A DNA stretch of 64,000 bases, taken from NCBI GenBank assembly GCA_027487835.1, contig JAIYCU010000025.1:21890-85889 (forward strand), read 5' to 3'. This DNA is from Bacteroidota bacterium (GTDB lineage Bacteria > Bacteroidota > Bacteroidia > UKL13-3). The notes beneath the pieces were generated by a model. That model did not search any database and was not told the DNA's origin. It saw nothing but the letters and a program-made list of their open reading frames with translations. The position numbers and the translations under genes are program-made. The first letter of the stretch is position 1; the number at the start of each line of letters is the position of its first letter. Shown here piece by piece: positions 41,867 through 49,730 of this stretch.

Positions 41867-41874
41867 CAAATGTA
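41867..41874 (-). promoter_or_regulatory. Bacteroidota -7 element TACATTTG(CGC) upstream of hbd
   Basis: TAnnTTTG on the minus strand, about 30 nt before the start. Confidence 0.6.
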
Positions 41875-41931
41875 AAAAAGGATGTTAGATAAAAAAGCAG
41901 TGAATGAACTAAAAACCACAAATCTTTGTCT

Positions 41932-41939
41932 TATGTTTG
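41932..41939 (+). promoter_or_regulatory. Bacteroidota -7 element TATGTTTG upstream of the M43 peptidase
   Basis: TAnnTTTG 11 nt before the ATG. Confidence 0.5.
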
Positions 41940-41950
41940 ATTAAATATTT

Positions 41951-43336
41951 ATGAAGTCAACTATTACACTGTTTTTTAGTTTGTTAGCTTTATTGGTAAA
42001 AGCCCAAACAACCTTTTGTCCAACCGAATTATCTGCCGATCAATTGCGGTGGTTAAGGCAGTTTCAATTGCAAATTGACCAAAACGGATTGCCGGGAAAG
42101 TCTGCTGTCATTACCTATGTGCCCGTAAAATTCCATATTATTGGAAATAATGACGGGGTGGGATATTATTCTATTACTTCAATCATGCGGGCTTTTTGCG
42201 ACCTAAACGAAGATTTTCTTCCCTCTGGCTTGCAGTTTTACCTGGCAGATAGCATTTCGTACATAAACGACAATGACCTTTATGCAGGAAATAGCGACGC
42301 CATTTGGTTTAGGTCGGAAGATTATAAAAAAGAAGGTGCGGTGAATGTCTTTTTTCATGGGGCAGGAATGCAATGGTGTGGTGTTTATTTTCCGGGTGTG
42401 GATGTGGTATTTGTTAAAAATTCTTGTCAAGGTTCAAATGCAACTACCTTAACACACGAATTAGGACACTTTTTTAGTTTGCCCCATACTTTTTCAGGAT
42501 GGGAAAATGGCAACGACCCTGGCAATTGGGAGCGCTTAGATGGTAGCAATTGCAGAAATGCAGGAGATGGTTTTTGCGATACCAAAGCAGATTATGTAAG
42601 TCAACGTTGGGGTTGCCCTTTGGCATGGACCCTCAAAGATCCAACCAATACACCTTTTAAGCCAGATAGTTCTATTTACATGAGTTACTCTTCAGACCAA
42701 TGCCAATCTAGGTTTAGCGAAGAACAAATGGCTGCCATGCGGTTGAATGTTTTTTCACGGAATATTTCTACCCTAACTGCGGATGTGAGGGCTTTGCCTT
42801 CGCCAACTTTATTGCAGCCTTCAAGTTTAGCTAAAGACATTTCTCCCAACGCCATTAACTTGGTTTGGCAAAAGGTGCCTGGCGCATTTGCTTATCATGT
42901 TCAAATTGCTCGCTTTGGAGACTGGAATTATTTAAATTATGATGCCCTTGTGTATGATACAAGTGCTTTGATTGATTTATTTGGAAGTTGGAAATATGCC
43001 TGGCGAGTAAAGGCCATCACCAACGCCTACACCTGTGGTGGCTTTGGTTTGGCTGATACATTTACCACCAAAGAAACGCTCACGGGTTTGGTTCAAACCG
43101 AAACCCAAAAGAATTTAAGTATATACCCTAACCCTTCTGATCGAAACCAGCAATTGAATTTTATAGCGAGCGAAATGAGTGAGATAGAAATTAGGGACAT
43201 TGAAGGTCGTTTGGTTCATAGTTTTCGGCTTGAACCAAAGCGTTTGCTCCAGCTAAGCTTGAATAAAGCGGGTTTATATTTAGTGTATTGTAAACAACTA
43301 GATAAAGTAAGTGTGAGTCGTGTTTTGGTAAATTAG
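41951..43336 (+). CDS. Secreted zinc metallopeptidase (M43/pappalysin-like) with FN3-like domain and T9SS type A CTD
   Basis: Signal peptide; VPVKFHII; HELGHFFSLPH Zn motif; Met-turn IYMSYS; C-terminal SIYPNP...AGLYLV. Confidence 0.88.
   Translation: MKSTITLFFSLLALLVKAQTTFCPTELSADQLRWLRQFQLQIDQNGLPGKSAVITYVPVKFHIIGNNDGVGYYSITSIMRAFCDLNEDFLPSGLQFYLADSISYINDNDLYAGNSDAIWFRSEDYKKEGAVNVFFHGAGMQWCGVYFPGVDVVFVKNSCQGSNATTLTHELGHFFSLPHTFSGWENGNDPGNWERLDGSNCRNAGDGFCDTKADYVSQRWGCPLAWTLKDPTNTPFKPDSSIYMSYSSDQCQSRFSEEQMAAMRLNVFSRNISTLTADVRALPSPTLLQPSSLAKDISPNAINLVWQKVPGAFAYHVQIARFGDWNYLNYDALVYDTSALIDLFGSWKYAWRVKAITNAYTCGGFGLADTFTTKETLTGLVQTETQKNLSIYPNPSDRNQQLNFIASEMSEIEIRDIEGRLVHSFRLEPKRLLQLSLNKAGLYLVYCKQLDKVSVSRVLVN
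43088..43104 (+). repeat. Dispersed motif TTGGTTCAAACCGAAAC, perfect copy
   Basis: In the pre-CTD linker of the M43 peptidase, read as LVQTET. Confidence 0.9.
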
Positions 43337-44427
43337 TGATGCTGATTAAAGGAGGCAAAATCTTCAGGCGTATCAAAGCTCTTGAGTGCATTTGGCTTTT
43401 CAACCACAATTTTAAGAGCCTTTATGCTCGAAAGTATCTTGCTTAGAGAATTTTGGTTTTCCTCTTTATTTAATTTTTTGATGGCTTCAAAATCCTTTGG
43501 ATGGAGGCAACAAAGCATTGGCTCAAAAGCTTCGTTTATGCCTTTTGAAAGGGCAACCGAAACTTCAAACAATTGACAAGCTTCCGTAAGTTGTTGTAAA
43601 TATTCCCTTGGCAGTAAAGGATAATCGCAACCCACAAGCAGTGCGGCACTATGAATATTTGTTTCAAGTAAGGCAATGAGTCCGGCCAGCGGGCCAGCCT
43701 CCTCATCACTTGGCTTATCATGAAGTTGGGTTAGGGTAGGGTCGAACCAATTAGCCTGTTCTTTTTTACAAGCAATAAAAGTAGAATCAACAAGGGGTTG
43801 CACCAAGTGGTTTAGCCAGAGATACTGTGGTACCTCATGATAATGCAGCAGGGCTTTGGGCTGCTTCATGCGGCGGCTGGCGCCGCCGCATAACAACAAG
43901 GCAACAAACCTTAACTTAAGTTCCGTCTTCTCTCCCTGCAATTGCTCACTACTCATTTGTAGGGAATCTTGTAAATTATAGTGCAGTTTAGCCTCCAACA
44001 AAAGATAATCTCTGATAACTAAATAACACGTTCGACCTATTATTTCGTGCTTTAATAGCTGTAAGCCTTTGCTGAGAGCAGGCTCAAATCCAGCCTGGTT
44101 TTTAAACTCCAATTTACCAATTTCATCCAATACCAAATGATTTGCAGTAGTTTCAATTGCATTTAGCAAAAGGTTTTGTGCCAATTCAAAATTTTCTTTA
44201 AGGAAAGTAAACCTTCCAATTTGCACCAATGACGTATTAGTAAAATCATGCTCGTAAACCTCTAAAGGCAAGATTAAATTTAAAGTATGGAAGTATAATT
44301 TTCGTTTAAGGGCTAGGTCGGGCATTAAAATAGCAAAAGTATTGGGTTGCCCTTTAAGCCAATGTATGAGTCGGCTTGTTTTGCCACTTCTAATGGGGTC
44401 ACTTATCAGGATAAACTCAGTTTTCAT
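43333..44427 (-). CDS. Fusion of an NTPase_1 (THEP1-like) domain and a MobA-like nucleotidyltransferase domain
   Basis: N-half PIRSGKTSRL and LVLDEIGKLE; C-half LLCGGASRRMKQPKA, GPLAGL, LVGCDYPLL, FEPM, SFDTPED. Confidence 0.75.
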   Translation of the reverse strand: MKTEFILISDPIRSGKTSRLIHWLKGQPNTFAILMPDLALKRKLYFHTLNLILPLEVYEHDFTNTSLVQIGRFTFLKENFELAQNLLLNAIETTANHLVLDEIGKLEFKNQAGFEPALSKGLQLLKHEIIGRTCYLVIRDYLLLEAKLHYNLQDSLQMSSEQLQGEKTELKLRFVALLLCGGASRRMKQPKALLHYHEVPQYLWLNHLVQPLVDSTFIACKKEQANWFDPTLTQLHDKPSDEEAGPLAGLIALLETNIHSAALLVGCDYPLLPREYLQQLTEACQLFEVSVALSKGINEAFEPMLCCLHPKDFEAIKKLNKEENQNSLSKILSSIKALKIVVEKPNALKSFDTPEDFASFNQHH

Positions 44428-45403
44428 TTAGCGGGTAAAGGCTAATGGCAAGCATAATTTCCATAAAAAACCAGATTCTAAACAAGGCATTGCGTTTTTT
44501 GTTACTAAACTCCCAAACCGATTGAACCATTTGTGAATAGTTGTGCATTTGTTGGCTAACCATGCCAAAGGCATTTTCTTCTGCAACCTTAGAGGATATT
44601 TTTTGCAACAAAAACCTTAGCAAGGGAGTTACAACAAACAATATAACTACTAAAACCAAAAGGGTTCTAAGTAATACATACAATCCCTTATTTAGGGTTC
44701 CTTCGCTAAGCCAAAAGGTGAATCCAATAAATGCCAAGGTTAATAATAGGCCTAGCCATTTTAAGCTAAATTTCGATTTTGTTTTATTTTGAGCAATTGG
44801 GTTTGGTTCAAACCGAGGTAAACTGCTAGCAATTAAAAATAACTTTTGAGGGAGCTTAAAGGATTTATAACCTAGAAAAATACCCCAAAAGAAATAGAGT
44901 GAAGCATATAATAGCATTAGCCAAAAGCTAAACGAAAAATCTGGAGAAAGATGGAAATCTTTGAGCAAGCCCATTACAAAAATATCCAATGCCTCCCAAA
45001 TACTTTTTCCGTAAAGGAGCGTGGTTAGTAAGAACTTTTGCAAGGCAGATTCTAGCAAGGCAATGGCGCCAAATAGCATACAAGTAAAAATGTTCCTGCC
45101 AAGTAGCCCAAAAATTATCCAAGCCATGAGCCCTTGAAATCCCACAGCAATATAAGCTGGGAGAGGGGCTTGCGGGCTCACCAAAAACTTAATTGACATT
45201 ACTAGTAAGGTTGCCTTAATTATTTGGTATGGTTTGTGTTTGTATTGCTGCGCCAACAACATAAGGATAATGCAAGCAAAACCTCCAACAAAAAAACCAG
45301 TGAATGGGAGTTTAATGGCATGTAAAAGACCTCCTAGTCCACTTTCGCAAAAAGCCCAAAGTGCTATAAGGTTTATTTGTTCTTTTGTATGTTGTTTATC
45401 CAA
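44417..45403 (-). CDS. Multi-pass membrane protein of unknown function
   Basis: About 8 hydrophobic segments; ALWAFCESGLGGLLHAIKLPFTG; overlaps the next gene by 11 nt. Confidence 0.75.
   Translation of the reverse strand: MDKQHTKEQINLIALWAFCESGLGGLLHAIKLPFTGFFVGGFACIILMLLAQQYKHKPYQIIKATLLVMSIKFLVSPQAPLPAYIAVGFQGLMAWIIFGLLGRNIFTCMLFGAIALLESALQKFLLTTLLYGKSIWEALDIFVMGLLKDFHLSPDFSFSFWLMLLYASLYFFWGIFLGYKSFKLPQKLFLIASSLPRFEPNPIAQNKTKSKFSLKWLGLLLTLAFIGFTFWLSEGTLNKGLYVLLRTLLVLVVILFVVTPLLRFLLQKISSKVAEENAFGMVSQQMHNYSQMVQSVWEFSNKKRNALFRIWFFMEIMLAISLYPLNEN
44803..44816 (+). repeat. Dispersed motif copy TTGGTTCAAACCGA
   Basis: Antisense in a membrane-protein loop, read as RFEPN. Confidence 0.85.
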
Positions 45404-45436
45404 TTTTAACTATTTTAGCAAACCAATTCAATTCAA

Positions 45437-45940
45437 ATGAGAAACTTACTTTTTACCCTTTTTATCGCCGCCATTAGCGTAAATGCCATCGCACAAAAAG
45501 AGGCTCAAACCATGCCATCGATTTTGTTAAAAGACATGAATGGCAAGCCCAAAAATATGGCAGATTATTCAAAGAATGGTAAAATAACCATCATTAGTTT
45601 TTGGGCTACTTGGTGTTCACCTTGTAAAAAGGAATTGAACAATATTAATGATTTATATGATGATTGGAAGAACAAATACGATTTAGTAGTAGTGGCCGTA
45701 AATACAGATAATGCAAGAAATACACAAAAGGTAAAACCCTACGTAGATGGCCAAGGTTGGGAATACGAAATCATCATGGATGTGAACCAAGATTTACAAA
45801 GAGCCTTAAATATTGTGCAAATACCTCATACCTTTTTGCTAGACCAAAATGGTCAGATAGTTTACCAACACAGCGGGTACGTAGAGGGTGATGAGTTGGC
45901 GCTTGAAGAAAAAATAAAGGCCTTATTGGCCAAAAAATAG
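45437..45940 (+). CDS. TlpA-family periplasmic thiol-disulfide reductase
   Basis: Signal peptide; SFWATWCSPCKKEL; IPHTFLLD. Confidence 0.92.
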   Translation: MRNLLFTLFIAAISVNAIAQKEAQTMPSILLKDMNGKPKNMADYSKNGKITIISFWATWCSPCKKELNNINDLYDDWKNKYDLVVVAVNTDNARNTQKVKPYVDGQGWEYEIIMDVNQDLQRALNIVQIPHTFLLDQNGQIVYQHSGYVEGDELALEEKIKALLAKK

Positions 45941-48118
45941 ATGATCAGACCTTTAATAGTCATTTTAATAAATACCCTTTGCTTTGGATTCGTTTCAGGG
46001 CAAAGGGTTTTTAATGAAAGCATTCCAAGGTTTTTTTCAGATTCAATGGGTAAATATTGTGAGTGGGAAGCTTGGGGCTATAGAAACATCCCCGAATACC
46101 TATGTACTTGCAATAACTTAGATGCGGCTAAAACAACACAAACCAATGCCCTGTGGCCAGGAGCAAGTTTAGGTTTGAACCTAAATGGCGCTGGCTTAAA
46201 TAAATTAGGTGTTTGGGATGGTGGCCGCGCCCGAACTTCACATATTGAGTTTGGTGGCCGTGTAATTATCATGGATTCTGGCGGAACCTTAAGTTCTCAT
46301 ACCACTGCAGTGGTTGGAAACATGATTGCTGCTGGTATCAATGCAAATGCAAAGGGGATGAGCTTTGCTGCCCAGCTAAAGAATTGGAATTTCACTAATG
46401 ACAATGCAGAAATAATTGCAGCAGCAGCAGATTTGTTTTTATCAAACCACTCTTATGCTTCTACATCAGCCTGGACAAATATCAGCGGACAATGGTACTG
46501 GTATGGAGACAGTAGTTTGCATCCTACGCGTGATTGGAAGTTTGGCTATTATGATAACCGCAGCAGAATTTGGGACAGTGTAATGTATGCCAATCCTTAT
46601 TATTTAATGGTTAAGGCCAGTGGCAACGACCGTGGTGCGGGTATTGCACCTGGAACGCCCCACTATTATTGGAATGGAACGGCTTGGGCTTTGAGCACCA
46701 CTACGCGTGATTCTGTTGGACCTTATGATTGCATCTCTACCTTTGGAAATGCAAAGAATATTCTTTGTGTGGGCGCTGTTCCTGTTCAACCCAATGGGCC
46801 ATTGGGTGCCATCAATACCTTAAGCTTTAGCACTTGGGGTCCTACTGATGATGGTAGAATAAAGCCAGATTTGGTGGCCGCAAGCGGAAATATAATCTCA
46901 GTGGGTTCTGCTACTGATTCTGCCTATGCGGGCCTTGGTGGTACTTCCATTGCTGCGCCAAACGTAACTGGTTCCTTGCTTTTATTGCAGCAATATAACC
47001 ATCAGCTTAAAGGAAACTACTTATTTAACGCTACCCTTAAAGCCCTTGCCATACACAGTGCAAGAAGATGCAAGCCTACCTTACTTGGTCCAGATTATGA
47101 ATGTGGCTGGGGAATTCCAGACTTTGCAAAGGCCGCTTTGTGTTTAAAAGATTCCTTTAAAAATAGGGTAGTAGAAGCAACCTTGCAAGCGCAAGATTCA
47201 TTTCAACTATTTGTTTACCTTAACCCAACAGATACCTTTAAAAGTACCTTGGTTTGGACAGACCCTAAAGGGATTACTGCCGCACCTGTTTATAATGATA
47301 CTACCCTCAAATTGGTAAATGATTTAGACATGCGCTTGTTTACTCAAACTGATTCGTTGGTTGGGATGCCCTTTGTCTTAAACCCTGCTAATCCTGCCTT
47401 GGCCGCAACATCTGGAGACAACTTTAGAGACAATGTAGAACAAATAATAAAGACAAATCTTGTGGCAGGTTGGTATAAAATTAAGATAAAACACAAAGGA
47501 AGTCTTCAAAATAATATTGCACAAAAGTTCTCCTTGGTGGCAAGCGGTAGTCATGCCCTATTGGCTTTGCCTGTAAGTTACCTTTCAATGCATGCCCAAC
47601 AACTTTCTATCAAAGAAATTCAATTGAAATGGCAAACGGTTCAAGAAGTAAATAATAAAGAATTTGAAGTATGGCACGGAACCGATGTCAATGCATTGTC
47701 ATTTGTAGGAAAGGTGCCTGGCAAAGGAAATTCAAATATACTGCAATCCTATCAGTTTGTGTTGAACCAAGCGAAGGGTTTTGCAGGTACCCAGTATTTT
47801 CAATTGAGGCAAAAGGATTTAGATGCTAAGTTGTCTTATTCAAAAATTATTAGTCTTGACCCAAGCGTTGAATTAAACATTTCGTCTATTTTTCCAAATC
47901 CATTTAAGGAGGAAGTAAACATTCGTTACCAGGCTAATGAGCAAAGTAAACTTAGTATAATGAGCATGGCCGGTGAGCAATTGTTTTCAATTGAATTACT
48001 GCCCAATAGCAATGGAATCTACACTTTGAACCTAAAACAATTGCCAGCAGGTTTATACATTTTATTACTTCAAAACAGCAATGGCCAGGTTGCGTATAAG
48101 TTATTAAAGGAGCAGTAG
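45941..48118 (+). CDS. Secreted subtilisin-like serine peptidase (S8) with T9SS type A CTD
   Basis: Catalytic D (GVWDGG), H (SSHTTAVVG) and S (GGTSIAAPNV); GPTDDGRIKPDL; LPVSY domain; IFPNPF...AGLYIL tail. Confidence 0.92.
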   Translation: MIRPLIVILINTLCFGFVSGQRVFNESIPRFFSDSMGKYCEWEAWGYRNIPEYLCTCNNLDAAKTTQTNALWPGASLGLNLNGAGLNKLGVWDGGRARTSHIEFGGRVIIMDSGGTLSSHTTAVVGNMIAAGINANAKGMSFAAQLKNWNFTNDNAEIIAAAADLFLSNHSYASTSAWTNISGQWYWYGDSSLHPTRDWKFGYYDNRSRIWDSVMYANPYYLMVKASGNDRGAGIAPGTPHYYWNGTAWALSTTTRDSVGPYDCISTFGNAKNILCVGAVPVQPNGPLGAINTLSFSTWGPTDDGRIKPDLVAASGNIISVGSATDSAYAGLGGTSIAAPNVTGSLLLLQQYNHQLKGNYLFNATLKALAIHSARRCKPTLLGPDYECGWGIPDFAKAALCLKDSFKNRVVEATLQAQDSFQLFVYLNPTDTFKSTLVWTDPKGITAAPVYNDTTLKLVNDLDMRLFTQTDSLVGMPFVLNPANPALAATSGDNFRDNVEQIIKTNLVAGWYKIKIKHKGSLQNNIAQKFSLVASGSHALLALPVSYLSMHAQQLSIKEIQLKWQTVQEVNNKEFEVWHGTDVNALSFVGKVPGKGNSNILQSYQFVLNQAKGFAGTQYFQLRQKDLDAKLSYSKIISLDPSVELNISSIFPNPFKEEVNIRYQANEQSKLSIMSMAGEQLFSIELLPNSNGIYTLNLKQLPAGLYILLLQNSNGQVAYKLLKEQ

Positions 48119-48126
48119 CACTAACA

Positions 48127-48993
48127 TTACATCTCTGCCATCAACTGGTCTAGCTTTGCTTCTAAATCAGCGTTAATTGGAGCAAGGGGAAGTCTTACCA
48201 CATTTTCGCATAAGCCCATTTTGCTCATTATATATTTTACCCCACCAGGGTTTCCATCCATGAAAATGCCTTTCATAAGGTTATATAATTTATAGTGCAA
48301 TTGACGAGCTTCTACAAATTTGTTATCCATGCCTAATCTCACCATGCTGGTAAATTCTTTTGGGTAGGCTTGTCCAATTACAGAAATTACGCCACTCATG
48401 CCCATGGCTAAAAATGGGAGCGTTAGATTATCATCACCAGAAATAATTTCAAAATCGGCAGGTTTTTCATTGAGCAAGTCCATGAATTGTTCTGGATTGC
48501 CACTTGCTTCTTTTATGGCCACAAACTTCTCCGAGGAATTGGCTAATCGTAAGGTGGTAGCGGCACTCATGTTAGATCCTGTTCTGCCTGGTACATTATA
48601 TAAAATTATAGGCAATGGACAGGCTTCTTCAATGGCCATAAAATGGCGGTAGATGCCTTCCTGACTTGGTTTATTATAAAACGGACTTACCGATAGGATG
48701 GCATCATATCCATCAAAATCAAAATGGGCAATGGTGTCTAAAATGTCTTGGGTATTGTTACCTCCAAGGCCAGCCACACATGGCACTCTGCCTGCTGCTT
48801 GTTTGATAACATGGGCGTAGATCTGTTTTTTTTCATCTTTGCTAAGGGTAACACTTTCGCCAGTGGTACCTAAAACAACCAAATATTCTACTCCTCCAGT
48901 AATGGAATGCTCAATAATTTTTGAGAGCGAATTAAAATCAACTTCACCAGAGGCGGTGAATGGAGTAATAAGCGCTACGCCAGTGCCTTTCAT
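48127..48993 (-). CDS. dapA: 4-hydroxy-tetrahydrodipicolinate synthase
   Basis: GVALITPF, GTTGES, PFYNKPSQEG, LYNVPGRT, AIKEASG, ISGDD. Confidence 0.96.
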   Translation of the reverse strand: MKGTGVALITPFTASGEVDFNSLSKIIEHSITGGVEYLVVLGTTGESVTLSKDEKKQIYAHVIKQAAGRVPCVAGLGGNNTQDILDTIAHFDFDGYDAILSVSPFYNKPSQEGIYRHFMAIEEACPLPIILYNVPGRTGSNMSAATTLRLANSSEKFVAIKEASGNPEQFMDLLNEKPADFEIISGDDNLTLPFLAMGMSGVISVIGQAYPKEFTSMVRLGMDNKFVEARQLHYKLYNLMKGIFMDGNPGGVKYIMSKMGLCENVVRLPLAPINADLEAKLDQLMAEM

Positions 48994-49028
48994 AATTGCA
49001 AAATTTAACGCTCAAATATATTGCTTTC

Positions 49029-49676
49029 TTAGAATTTACCCCTTATGCCTGCCGAAAGAATGCCATTGTAGCCAAATCCAAACTCTGCGAAGCCGCTAAC
49101 TTGCTTGCCAATCTCAATGCCAAAAGGGGTTAATTGCCCACTAAAATAATTATACTTTACACTAACGTCGCGCGCTGCTGGGTTTGTGTAGGTAACAGTT
49201 TGACTAAATTCATGCATACTCAAACCAATTTTGCCGTATAATTTTGTGCGTTCATTTTTATTGTAAACAAAAAGACATTCTAGACCTATGGTTTTTGTTT
49301 TATTATAATAAGCACCATATTTAGTATAAAGGGTGGTGCTACTTTCTCTTTCAATATCGCCTTGTTGATTGTCTAAACCAACGCTAAGTCCAAATCTGAT
49401 TTGTCTGTTTGGGGAGTAATGATACTGTGCATAAAGCCCTCCGGTTCTTGTTTTGTTTGTGTACCTATTAGAACCAGCTGAAAAAGCATAATAAAGAACT
49501 TCTCCTAAACCATTTAGTATTTGTGGTAAGGTTGCTACACCTGCTTGAAAAGCTAGGTGGTGCGTTGGGTTGCTTTTGGCAGTGGAATCTTTTACATTGT
49601 ATCTGTAAGTTTGAGCATTTGCCAATTGGTTCAAACCGAAACAAAAAAAGAAGAGGCTAAGTAATTTAGTTTTCAT
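49029..49676 (-). CDS. Small outer-membrane beta-barrel protein
   Basis: Signal peptide, alternating beta-strand pattern, terminal FAEFGFGYNGILSAGIRGKF. Confidence 0.8.
   Translation of the reverse strand: MKTKLLSLFFFCFGLNQLANAQTYRYNVKDSTAKSNPTHHLAFQAGVATLPQILNGLGEVLYYAFSAGSNRYTNKTRTGGLYAQYHYSPNRQIRFGLSVGLDNQQGDIERESSTTLYTKYGAYYNKTKTIGLECLFVYNKNERTKLYGKIGLSMHEFSQTVTYTNPAARDVSVKYNYFSGQLTPFGIEIGKQVSGFAEFGFGYNGILSAGIRGKF
49626..49642 (+). repeat. Dispersed motif TTGGTTCAAACCGAAAC, perfect copy
   Basis: Antisense in the OMP signal peptide, read as CFGLNQ. Confidence 0.9.
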
Positions 49677-49730
49677 GTGCTAGGTTTTAGTAAAGATAAA
49701 ACAAATAATTTATTTTATTGTTTTATCGAA

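Noticed and set aside
42455-42495. M43 zinc motif with Ser in place of Gly (HELGHFFSLPH) as an inactive enzyme
   Set aside because: All three His ligands, the catalytic Glu and the Met-turn are intact, so the substitution is probably tolerated.
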